This document shows, piece by piece, positions 18,179 through 29,600 of a stretch of 64,000 nucleotides of DNA; within the stretch, counting starts at the first letter, position 1; each line of letters opens with the position of its first letter. Both the position numbers and the translations under genes were made by a program. Origin of the DNA: an uncultured Planctomycetales bacterium (GTDB taxonomy: Bacteria > Planctomycetota > Planctomycetia > Pirellulales > Thermoguttaceae). The notes under the pieces were generated by a model, which ran no database searches, was not told the DNA's origin, and saw only the letters and a program-made list of their open reading frames with translations. Where the stretch lies: positions 6,193 to 70,192 of the forward strand of contig CAMZEO010000001.1 of NCBI GenBank assembly GCA_947305735.1, in the 5' to 3' direction.

Positions 18179-18349
18179 TTACGTCAAAGACTCTCCAAAT
18201 TCCTTTTTCACGTCCGCTCCGTCGCGACCGGGGATGGTCTTTCCCATCGCCCGCTCGATCTCGTTCAGCATTCTCTTTGCGCGCTCGACAAAAAAACGCT
18301 CAAAGTCGTCGGCGCGGAGCAAATCCGCCGGAATCCAATGAGTTTCCAA
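18179..18349 (-). CDS. Possible small ORF or gene remnant (56 codons from TTG)
   Basis: Not in the track because it is under 60 aa. My translation is LETHWIPADLLRADDFERFFVERAKRMLNEIERAMGKTIPGRDGADVKKEFGESLT*. The frame stays open upstream into the ribokinase 3' end without an ATG, GTG or TTG. The composition is protein-like, but there is no clear start or Shine-Dalgarno. Confidence 0.2.
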   Translation of the reverse strand: METHWIPADLLRADDFERFFVERAKRMLNEIERAMGKTIPGRDGADVKKEFGESLT

Positions 18350-18447
18350 ACAAGCGTCGAGCGAACGCGCGTCCGTTTTTCCCTTCGTCTCAATTTTAGT
18401 CAGATAAACGCTCGGCGCAAAAACGTCGAGGGACGAAACGCGTCGGT

Positions 18448-19368
18448 TCAGGCTTGTTCTATTTCCTCGCGCGTCGGCAGAGACGGCTGAGCGCCGAGTT
18501 TTTGAACGCTCAGCGCGGCGGCTTTGGACGCGAACGCGAGCGCGTCGTCGAGCGGCTTCCCTTCGGCGAGCGCGACGGCCAACGCGCCGGAATACGCGTC
18601 GCCGGCGGCGGTGGCGTCGACCGCGTCGACGCGCAAGGCGGGAACGCTCTTGCGGACTCCGTCTTTGGCGGCGACGTAAGAACCTGCGGAACCAAGCGTT
18701 ACGATCGCCGTCCGGACGCCGAGTTCAAGGAGTTTTTCCGCGGCGCGACGCGCGGACGCCTCGTCGACGACCTCGATTCCAGTAAGTCGCGCCGCTTCCG
18801 TTTCGTTCGGCTTGACGACGGAAACGCACTCGAGCAAATCCTGCGGCAACGGATCCGCAGGCGCGGGCGCGGGGTCGAGCAAGACGGGAACGCCCGACGC
18901 CTTGGCGAGTTTCGCGGCGCGTTTGATCGCGTCCATAGGCGTTTCCAACTGGAGAACGACCATCTTCGCGTCGGCGATCTCGCCGGCGGCGCGATCCACG
19001 TCTTCGGGCGTCAGCGCGAAATTGGCTCCGGACGCCACGGAAATCGAGTTGTCGCCCGTCGAATCGACCATAATGAGCGCGACGCCCGTCGCCAGCTTGG
19101 GATCCTTTTGAATGAACGAGACGTCGATTCCTTCCTTCGCGTAACCGTCGATCGCCTGTTTGCCGAGCATATCGTCGCCGACGCGAGCGACAAAGACGAC
19201 GTCTCCGCCCGCGCGAGCCGCCGCGACCGCCTGATTCGCGCCCTTGCCGCCCGGCGCGGAGGCAAATGAGCCGCCGACGACCGTTTCGCCCGGCGCGGGT
19301 ATGCGATCGGCCTTAATGATCATATCCGTGTTCGAACTTCCGACAACAACGATTTTCGGTTTAGACAT
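18448..19368 (-). CDS. rbsK: Ribokinase
   Basis: 306-aa ORF with the PfkB/ribokinase signatures VVGSSNTDMI, GGKGANQAVAAARAG and DATAAGDAYSGALA. Confidence 0.85.
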   Translation of the reverse strand: MSKPKIVVVGSSNTDMIIKADRIPAPGETVVGGSFASAPGGKGANQAVAAARAGGDVVFVARVGDDMLGKQAIDGYAKEGIDVSFIQKDPKLATGVALIMVDSTGDNSISVASGANFALTPEDVDRAAGEIADAKMVVLQLETPMDAIKRAAKLAKASGVPVLLDPAPAPADPLPQDLLECVSVVKPNETEAARLTGIEVVDEASARRAAEKLLELGVRTAIVTLGSAGSYVAAKDGVRKSVPALRVDAVDATAAGDAYSGALAVALAEGKPLDDALAFASKAAALSVQKLGAQPSLPTREEIEQA

Positions 19369-19484
19369 TTCGTCGTCCTTTCCAATAGGGTCCTAAATAC
19401 TGAACGCGTTAAACGCGAAACCGCCTTCGCGCTAAATTATAGCGGCGGGAATTGCCAAAGCAAACGCGCGAATAAAACAACGCG

Positions 19485-20459
19485 TCAATAATTGGGAGTC
19501 GGCGCGCGGAAATCGTCCAAATTGATCGACTTGAACCATTCGATCGTTCTGGCGAGCCCTTCCCTCAACTGAACTTTCGGCTCCCAATTCAGTTTTTCTT
19601 TCGCCAACGAGATATCCGGCTGTCTCCTGCACGGATCGTCGACCGGAAGCTCCTTAAAGACGTATTTCGGTTTCTTGCCGAGCAACTCCCAGACAAGATC
19701 GCCGAGTTCTTTGACGGTAAATTCGTTCGGATTGCCCAAATTGACCGGACCGACGAATCCTTCTTCGTTCTCCATCAGTCGAACAAGTCCTTCGAGCAAA
19801 TCGGAATAATAGCAAAACGATCGCGTCTGAGAACCGTCGCCGTAAATCGTGATCGGTTCGTCCGCGAGCGCCTGACGGATGAAATTGGAAACGACTCTGC
19901 CGTCGAACGGATGCGTCTTGGGACCGTAAGTGTTAAAAATGCGCGCGATACGAATGTGCGTTCCGTACATTCTCGACGCGTCCATAAAGAGCGTTTCCGC
20001 CGCGCGCTTGCCTTCGTCGTAACAAGCGCGGGGACCGATCGGATTGACCGCGCCGCGGTAATCTTCGCGCTGGGGATGAACTTCGGGATCCCCGTAGACT
20101 TCGCTCGTCGACGCCTGAAGAATCTTCGCGCGGCATTCGCGAGCGAGTTCCAAAAGATTGATCGCGCCCAAAACCGACGTTTTAATCGTCTTCAACGGAT
20201 TATACTGGTAATGTCCCGGCGCGGCGGGACACGCCAGATTATATATTTCGTCGACTTCGAGAGAAATCGGAATCGTAACGTCGTGTCTGATAAGCTCAAA
20301 ATTCGGACGAGAAAGGAGCTTTTCCACGTTCGACTTCTGACTCGTGAAGAAATTGTCGACGCAGACGACGTCGTGTCCGCGATCGATGAGCAGTTCGCAA
20401 AGATGCGAACCCAAAAAACCCGCGCCGCCGGCGACAAGAATCCGTTTGATGCGCGCCAT
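19485..20459 (-). CDS. uxs: UDP-glucuronate decarboxylase (UDP-xylose synthase), SDR family
   Basis: I set the start at the ATG at 20459 ([45 protein letters not shown]...). It has the YDEGKR catalytic motif and DGSQTRSF. The 127 upstream codons of the track ORF are low-complexity and overlap the 3' end of the giant gene. Confidence 0.9.
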   Translation of the reverse strand: MARIKRILVAGGAGFLGSHLCELLIDRGHDVVCVDNFFTSQKSNVEKLLSRPNFELIRHDVTIPISLEVDEIYNLACPAAPGHYQYNPLKTIKTSVLGAINLLELARECRAKILQASTSEVYGDPEVHPQREDYRGAVNPIGPRACYDEGKRAAETLFMDASRMYGTHIRIARIFNTYGPKTHPFDGRVVSNFIRQALADEPITIYGDGSQTRSFCYYSDLLEGLVRLMENEEGFVGPVNLGNPNEFTVKELGDLVWELLGKKPKYVFKELPVDDPCRRQPDISLAKEKLNWEPKVQLREGLARTIEWFKSINLDDFRAPTPNY

Positions 20460-20658
20460 CGTTTCACGTTCCTTTTTAAATGGTAAAAAACGGCGACTTA
20501 ACGCGAAAAACGCGCCGCTTTCCTTTGAAAAGCTAAATAAAAATTGGGGCGAACGCCCTTTCTTGCGCAAATCGTTCCGCGCCGCTTTTGAAGGCGGCGC
20601 GAAACGACGATAACCGCGGGACGTCAAGAGCGCGTCTCTTGACGTCGCTTCGTTAAGC

Positions 20659-23600
20659 TCAATCCTCGAACAAGTCGCCGAGGAAGTCGTCGTCAAAGAT
20701 CGAATTGGAAAGTTCGACGTCGAGTTTGGCGGCGTCTTCCGCTTCCATATCGAAGGAAGCGAATTCCGCGAACGCGGCGTCGGTCGTTTCGGCGACAAAC
20801 GCCAAATTCGGCGCGACGGTTCGCGAAGACGTCGCGGCAATCGCGACCGATTCGCGATTCTCCGCTTTCACGGAGACGCTTTCGGCGATCGCGTTCCATT
20901 CGACCGGGCTTTGATCCAGAATCGCGGCGGCGACGGCCAAGTCGACGGTCGCGAATTCCTGAGCGTCGGTGGCGACGGGCGCGAGTTCCGAGAAGACGTT
21001 GACGGTCTCGACGTCGAGATCGAGAACCGCTCCGCTCGCCTCGAGGACGACGGAAACCGCGTCGAGTTCAAAACCTTCCGAATTGTCGACGTAGAGAACC
21101 GGGGTATAGACGCCGGACTGCTCGTACCAGTGACGCAGATTGCGGCTCATCGTCAGACCGACGAAAGTTTCGACGGTTCCGTCCTTCCAGTCGACCTTCC
21201 AGTAGGCGTAAGCGTCGGCGTTGGACGCGACGTTGTAAACGACCGCGACGGAATCGCCGGACGCCGTCTTGGCGGTTTGCTTGTCGACGTTGAAGGACTT
21301 CGGCGCCGCCTTAATCTCGTGTTCGGCGACTCCGGACCATTCGGATTCGTTCTTGACGGAGGAAGCCAGCGCCTTGATGCGGACTTCGACGACGTCGCCG
21401 GTTTCAAACGAGGCGTCCCTGATCAAGCCGTGGACGTCGGTAAGAGCGCCGGTGTCGTTCCATTTTGACGAACCCTTGAGACGGTACTCGACGACGTATT
21501 CCTTCGCCGGATCGACGGTCTTCCATTCGACGACGACGTTTCCGTCGACGTCGCGTCCGACGAACGTAATCTCCGGCGTCGCGTAACTCGGCGCGGCGGG
21601 ATCCGTAACGACGATCGTGAAGGTCGCGTCGACCGAGGCGTCGCCGGAGTCGGTCGCGCGGACGGTCGCTTCGTAATCGCCCGCCGACAAACGCTTTTTA
21701 ACGATCAGCTTGTCGCCGTCGAGCGCGAACGCGCCGTTGGCGTCGTCGACGAGTTCGTAGGTAAACGCGTCGCCCGCGTTGGCGTCGACGGCTTCAAAGA
21801 CGCCGACGACATAGCCCGGCGCGGCGTCGGACATGACGTCGCCGGCTTTCGTGAACGTAATCGAACTTGGAGCGACGTTTCCTTGCTCCTCAATCGCGCC
21901 CATATCGACGCGTTTGTTGGCGATACGCTGCTTGCCGAGAACGTCGAGATTTCCGACGACGTAGGAGTCGTCTCCGGCGTCGATCATCTTAGATCCGATC
22001 TGGAGCCCGAGATCCCATTCGGACCATTTCGCGGAGGAATCAAAGCTGATGAACATCGGATCGACCGATTTCACGCCCGTCCCGGAAATCGCGATATTGG
22101 CGGAGCCGATATCGGAATTCTTCAAAACGGTCTGACTCGTCGGCGTAATCGTGGTGGCGTACAAGTCCGCCGCCGCGCTCGCGGAGTTGCCGTACAGGAT
22201 CGAGTTCTTGACGTTGAGCCTGTGGTTCGCCCAAACGCCGCCGCCCAAGCTTTCGCTCCTATCGCCGCGCGCGGTGTTGCCGACGATCGTCGCGTTAATC
22301 AGGTCGACGTCAAAGGACGCGGCCGAGAGAAGATCCATCATATTGACCTGAACGTAGACGCCCGCGCCCAGCGAAGCCCTATTGCCGACGACAAGCGTGT
22401 TCGAGATCGTCGCGCCGGTGTAGGTTCCCAAACCGCCGCCGTAGTAAATAGCCTCGTTGTCGGCGATCGTCGAACGTTCGACCGTCAAAGCGCCGCGGTT
22501 GTAAACGCCGCCGTAGTAATGCGCGCGGTTGCCGACGATTTCCGACTCGACGATCGTCATCGTTCCGGCGTTGTAGACGCCGCCTCCGTAAGCGGCCTCG
22601 TTCCCGCGAACGACGACTTTTTCTAGCGTCACCGTCGCGAAGTTGCGCATAGCGCCGCCCGATCTGTCGGGATGATCGTCTAAATCGTAACCGTTGCCCG
22701 CGCCGGTAAAATCGACTTTTACGAACTTAACGTTCGCGTTGGCGTTTTCAGAACCGACGACGACCAAAGAACCATCAAATCCGCTCGACGCGATCTCAAT
22801 AGTACGATCGTCGTTTCCGATGACAACGTCGGAGTCGACGTACAACGTGGAGTTCAGAGTAACGGACGAGACGGAGGCGTCGAAGGTAACCTTCTTTCCG
22901 CCCTGGCTCGCGTCAAGCCGCGACGCGTACTCGATCGCTTCGCGCAGAGAAATCTGCCCGTCGGTCGGGTCTACGACGTCTTTGTCGGTGTTGACCGTCG
23001 TGGAAGGTTCTTCGAACGGGAATTCGTAGGCGCCCATATCGACCGAATCGAGCGAGGTGCACACGCGTTGGTTTCCGTCGAGGTCGAAATCAAGGTTCGC
23101 GCCGGTCGCGTCGAGCGCGTAGGCGTTCAGACCAGAGTTCACGGCTTGCGATTTGGCCGTCAACCTGACGTCGACGACTTCCGCGTTGGCGACTTTGCCT
23201 TCGACGAAGATCGGAGCGACGGCAAATCCGGGCTCGCCGGTCTTGGAGTTCGTCATCGACGGCTTCTTGTTGACGCCGGACGTCGACCCGAGCAGCGAGT
23301 TCTTAAGGCTGGCGGTCGACGTCGTCGAGTAGAAATCGACGGCGTCGGGCGCGTAGTTGCCCGCGACGATCGCGTTGTACGCGTTGAAGGTTCCCTTGTT
23401 GTAGACGCCGCCCGCCTTTTGAGCCGCGACGTTGGCGCCGATCGTGACGTTGCGCGCCTCGACGGAGCCTTCGGCGACGAAGATCGCGCCGCCGTTCGTT
23501 CCGGCCTCGTTCAGCGACATAGCGGCGTTGGAAATCTTCGCGGTTCCCTTCGCGTTGTGCAACGCGGCTCCGGCTCCGGTCGCGACGTTCGACTTGAAGA

Positions 23601-26600
23601 TCGCGTTGGTCGAGGCGAAGGAGGCCGCGTTGTAAACGGCCGCGCCGTTGACCGCGGAGTTGGACAGGAACGAGACGGAAGAGAAGGTCGCGGAACCGGA
23701 CGCGTTGTAAAACGCGGCGCCGGAACCGGTCGCCCTGTTGCCTTCAAAGCTCCACTTGGAACCGGCGGCGACGACGCCCGCGTTGTAAATCGCGGCGCCT
23801 TCTTCGGCGGCGTTCCCGCCGAACTTGACGTAATCGTTGTTCCCGACGACTTCGGAATTGGCGGCGTTGTAGATCGCGCCGCCCTTCAAGGCCTGGTTGC
23901 CGTTGAACTCGACGCCATTAATCGCGACGACGTAAGCGTTTGTCGTCGACGACAGGCTGTTGTAGATCGCGCCGCCGAATCCGGCGTCGGCCTTATTGTC
24001 GTTAAAGACGACGTCGGTCAACGCCAAATCGCCGTAGTTGTCGATCGCGCCCGCGTCGTCGGAGGCGACGTTGCCGACAAAAGTAGCCGACGAAACGGTC
24101 GCGGTTCCAAGATAGTTGACGATCGCGCCGCCATACTTGGCCGAGTTGCCCTCAAAGACGTTGGACGCGACGCCGAGAGCGGAATCGGTCTTCGCCTCGA
24201 TCGTAAGCGTTCCGCCTTCCGCGTTGTAAATCGCGCCCGCCTGATCGGAAGCCTTGCCGTTCTTGAATTCCGCCTGAATGAACTTCGCGTCGCCGACGTT
24301 GTAGACGGCCGCGCCGTCGACCGCTTTGGAACCGTCAAAGGAGACGCCGGAGCCGACGAGCGCGCCTGCGTTGTAAATCGCGCCGCCGTTTTCCGTCGCG
24401 TTCATATCGGCGAAGGAAACGTTCCACAACTTGAGATCCGCGTTCACGGCGTTGTAGACGCCCGCGCCTTGTTCGGCGGTCGCCGACTTAATCTCGACTT
24501 CGTTCAGCGTCAAATCGCCGGCGTTGTAAACGGCGGCGCCGCCGTCGGCTTTCGCGTTGACGAGAACCAGATTGTTGGCGTAGACCGTCGCGCGAGCGAC
24601 AAAGAAGATTCTCGAATCGTTATGGGCGTCGATCGTAATCGTTTGCCCGTCCGTCGGTCCGGAGATCGTCAGGTCGCGATCGATCATCAGTTCGCCGGCT
24701 TCCAGAGAAATCGTCTTGCCGCAAACATCCGGAGCGAAGGTAATCACGTTGGCGATAGCATTCTCGAGCGTAACGGAGTCGGAACCGTTCCAAACCAGCG
24801 TTTCGCCGTTTGCGAGCTCGTATTTGACGTTCGCGATCAACTCGACCGTTTCGTCCTCGATCGTAACGTTGTCGACGGTGACGTAGCCCTTCTTGACGTA
24901 GGTCAACTTCCCGTCGGCGTAAGTCGCGACCGCGCCTTCCGGAACGTCCATTCCTTCGTTGGCGGCAAGTTCGAAGGTCGCGCCGTTTTCGAGCCGTCTG
25001 TCAATGGAAATCGAACTGCCGGTTCCGGCGCCGACGGAGGCGATCGCTTCGCGCAGGGAGACGAGACCGTCGTATTGATCGACGACGTCAAGCTCGGTCG
25101 TCACGACCAGACTGGGACGTTCGGCGACGTCGAATTCCAACGCGAACGAATTATTGTCCTCGTTCGATTCGAAGACGGAGTTGTTGACGTCGACCGAAAT
25201 CGTGGCCCGGTAATGACCGGGGGTTAACCGTCCGACGTTCCAGTATCCGGAAACCGCGTCGCCGTTTTGCAACCAGTATTCCCTGGACATGAATCCGGAA
25301 ACGTCGTCGCCGTAAGTCTTTGTAAAGACTCTTGAAGAGCCTTCCACGACGTCGCCGTTGGAGTCGAGCCGCTCGATGGTAATCGAGTAGTCGAAGCTGT
25401 TGAGAACGACGCCGGAATCGTAATTGGCGAACTCATAGTTGAAGCATACGTCCCAACCCTGGTCAAACTTGCCCGTGTCGACGCCGTTGGCCTTCGCGTA
25501 GACGCCGACGAGCGCGCCCGGTCCGAAAGCGAGATCGGGAGCGACCGGCGCGTATTCGACCGCGCCCATGTCGACGTAATCGGAGGCGATACGATCGTTG
25601 CCGTAGACGTCTTTGTCGATTCCCTCGACGAAGGAGTTGACGCCCGTGTTGACGGCGGGACTTTGCGCGGTCAGTTTGTAACCGGCGCCAAACTTCGGAT
25701 CAAACGGATTGAGCGTCGTTCCGACAAACGCGGAGAATCCTTCCGCGACGGTCATCGCGTCCGGATTGACGGCGTTGGAACCGTCGCCGATCATCGAAGC
25801 GTACAGAACGGCGGTCGCCGTCCGTTCGAGAGCGACGTCGACGCCCTGGTACGCCGCTTCGTTCTTAGCGACGATCGAGTTCTTAATCTCCGCCGACGCG
25901 GAGTCGAGCGCGACGCCGCCGCCGATGGCGGCCTTGTTGTCGGAAATCGTGTCGTTGACGAGCGAGACTTCCATCGCCGCCCCTTCGCCGATCGCGTAAA
26001 TAGCGCCGCCTTCCGCCTGTTTCGACGTATTCTTGACGAGCAGGGAGTTGACGACCGACAGCTTGGACGCGGCTTTCGTCGCGGCGCCGGCTATCGCGCC
26101 TCCGTTATATTTCGTCTCGTTGTCCGTGAAGACCGAACTGACGATCGACGCGTTCGAATTCTGGAAGTAAACCGCGCCGCCGAAGTAATCGGTCGAGTTG
26201 GACGCGAATCCGGCCTCGACGATTTCAAGAGAACCGATCGAATAGACCGCGCCCCCGAAGTACGTCGACTTATTCGAGGCGTAGGAACCGCCGTTGATCG
26301 TCAAGTTTCCAGAGTTGTACGCGGCGCCGCCGAGACCGTCGTACAGAATCTTATCGGTCGGGTCGACGGGATTCGCAGCGAACGCGACCGAATCCCTGAC
26401 GTTCACATTGTTAAGGACAAGCGATCCGGCGTTGCGAATCGCGCCGCCCGTCGCCGCGCGACCGTTGACGAAGCTCAAGTCGTCGATTTCGACGGAACGC
26501 CCGACGTCGACGTAAATCGCGCCCGAGAGAGACGCCGCGTCGACGGTGATCGCGGAGGCGCCCTTGATCGTCTGATCTTTGGCGGGCGTAATTTCCTTGC

Positions 26601-29600
26601 CCGCGAGCGTGATCGTCGCGGAGCGATCCACGAGCGTCTGGCTGAACGTGATCTCGTTGCCGACGAAGGTCGAAACCCAGGCGGTTCCGTCGTTCGCGAA
26701 TTCGTAACGCAGACCGTCGGCAGACTCGAACGCGGCATCGACGACGTCGCGGCGAACCGCCATTTCATAGACGACGCCCAGATCGGTCGCCAACGAACCG
26801 CCTTCGACGAATTCGACGTACGAACCGTCCTCGAACGCGAACGTCGCGCCAAGGTAGGTCGCGCGGAGATTGGAGTCTTCGCCGACGATTTCCAAGGTCG
26901 CGTGATCGGCGAGAACGACCTTGACGGAACCGTCGTCGGAAATGAACCCGCCGTTCATAAATTGCCCTTGGACGCCGTTGTAGACGACCGCGGCGCCGTT
27001 GGCAATCGCGACGATTTCGCCGGTCGACGTTTTAACGGCTTCGGCGCGATAAGTCGCGTAAGTCTTCGAGTAGACAATCGAATTCCGTTGCAGATCGGCG
27101 AAGAGAATCTTCGATCCGTCGGGTTTTACGACGACGTCGACGTACTCGTATTTCGTGGAAACCGGCGGAACCTGTCCGAGCGATTCAAGATAATCGAACT
27201 TCGATTCGCGATGCGCCGTCACGGTCGAACCGTCCGCCATCGCGAGATCGATCGAATAACTGTAGTCGAATTGAGCGGGCGCGTACGCGACGGTCGTTCC
27301 GTCGGGATACGTGAAGACGCCCTTGTTGTAGACGACGTAGGTTTCGCCGTATTCGATTTCCTTCCCGTCGACAAGTTCGACGTCGGTTCCGGCGTCGACC
27401 AGGACGTTGCGACCGGTCGTGGCAACGCCGTCCTGGACGGTTACCGCGACCATGTCGTCGCGGACGAGGTCGGCGGCGTCGATCAGAACTCTGGAACCGA
27501 ACCAGTACGGCCCGACGTAGAGTTCGGAAGCCTCGCGCAACGTAATCGCGTCGTCGAGAGGATCGTAGGCGTCGGAGTCGGCGTCGGTCGTAACGACGAC
27601 GCTCGGAGCTTCGTAGACTTTGAACTCGATCGAATAAACGTTGTTGTCCGCGACAAGTTCGGGAATTTCGGAACCGGAGTCTACCGTAATCGTGATCGTA
27701 TAGGTTCCGACCGGAAGCGAGCCGAGATTTTGACGGTAATAGGTCTGCGTCGCGCCGACGTCGAGCCAATCGGAGCTTCTTAGCCAATCGAAGTAGTCGG
27801 AACCGGATTGATAACGCTCGACTTTCGAATCGGCGTAGCTGGCTCCGGTCGCGGTGACTCCGGTAACGGAGAACGTAACGCTGAACTTGTCAAAGACGGG
27901 CGCGTCGCCAAGATTCATAATCGAATAATCGAGGACGACGTCGCGACCGGCGATATAATGGTCGGTCGTCTTATCGTTAATCTTCGCAAACCAGAAGTTG
28001 ACGGGATCGGTTCCGAATCCAAGGTCGGGCGAGATAGCCGTCTGGTACTCGTAGGCTCCCATGTCGATCGAGTAAACGACGCCGCCGACTTCCGCGCCGA
28101 CGATACGCGCGCCGCCCGCAAGATCGAAGTCGACGCCCGGAACGGCGAGCCTGTTGTCGCCGCCGTTGATCGCGGGCGATCCGGCTTGGAGCGAATAGTC
28201 GCCCGCCGCCGCGTCCGCAAACTTGGGATCGACGTTGACGAAGCAGCGATACTCGCTCTTCATCCAGCTTTCTCCAAAGGCGACGTCGCCGGTCGATTCG
28301 ACGTTTTGCAACAAGGAGTTGCGCAACGTAATTTTCGCGCCGACGGCGGCGAATACGTCGACGCCCGTTCCCTCGACGGTCTGAGTATCCTCGCCGACGA
28401 CGATTTCTTTGGAAGCGACGGCGTTGCCCGCGACGATCGAGTTGTCGATCGCGGCGGAGGTCAGGACGTAGAGTCCGCCGCCTTCGTAGGCCTTGTTGCC
28501 CGCGACGGTGACGTTGACGAGTTTGATCGTCCCGGCGTAGATCGCGCCGCCCTTTTCAACGGCCTCGTTGTTCGCGACGAGCGAATTGTTCAAATCGACG
28601 GAACCCGCGCTGATCGCGCCGCCGATATTGGCGGAGTTGTTCGTAATCGTCGCTTTTCCGACAATCTTGACGTCGCCTCCGGCGCGGATCGCGCCGCCCT
28701 GATCTCCGGCTTTGTTTCCGGAAATCGTCGCGCCGCCCGCGACTTTGACGAACGTCGCGGCGTCAACGGCCGCGCCGCCGCCGGTTGTTTCGTTGTCCGT
28801 CGCTTCGAGCGATCCGACGATATCGAGGGAATTCGCGTTGACGCCGCCGTTGACGTTGTTCTTAATCGCGACGTTTCCGTCGACGGTCGTCGCGGCGATC
28901 GATATAAGCGCGGCGCCCGCGTTGACGGCTTTATTCGCGACGACGTTCATGTCGCCCAAAACCGCGATCGACCTGGCGTAGACGCCGGAAGCGGAATCCG
29001 CCTCGTTGTTCGAGACGTCGAGATTGCCGCCGACGGTCATTGAAGTCCCGATCGCGAGCGCGCCGTAATCGACGCCGGCTTTGTTGCCGGTAATCGCGGC
29101 GTCCCCCTTGACGGCGACCGCGCCGGCGACGTACATGCCGCCGTAATCGCGATTGGCCTCGTTGCCCGCAAGTTCGAAGACGCCTTCGATTTCAAGGTCT
29201 CCGTCGACGTAGGCCGCGCCGTAATCGCCGATATAATCGGTCTTCGGTTCGCTCGCAACGCTCGGACCGCTTCCGTCGGCGGGCGTAATTTCCGTCTTTG
29301 TTTCCGTAAGGACGTATCCGAGAGCGGAGTTTTCGGCAAACGTCGCGTTTCCGGCGACTTTCACGCCGCCTTTGGCGTAGAGGGCGCCCGCCGAACCTTG
29401 CGCCTTGTTCTTATTGAACGAGACGTCGCCGCCAAATTCGGCGCCGCCGGCCGCGACGTAGATCGCGCCGCCGAGCGCGGAAAACGCGGTCGTCTTAACG
29501 GTCGTCTTAATCGTTTCGCCGTTGGTTCCGATCGTTTCGGACGAGGTCTCCGCGACGTTCGTCGGAACGGTTCCCGCTTCGTTCGTCGCGATAATCGCGT

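Noticed and set aside
18454-19269. Plus-strand 271-aa ORF.
   Set aside because: It is antisense to ribokinase, which has textbook PfkB motifs on the minus strand.
20460-20840. N-terminal 127-codon extension of the UDP-glucuronate decarboxylase ORF (track start at 20840).
   Set aside because: The extension is Ser/Arg/Pro-rich and overlaps the 3' end of the giant gene. The enzyme homology starts exactly at the internal ATG at 20459 ([19 protein letters not shown]).
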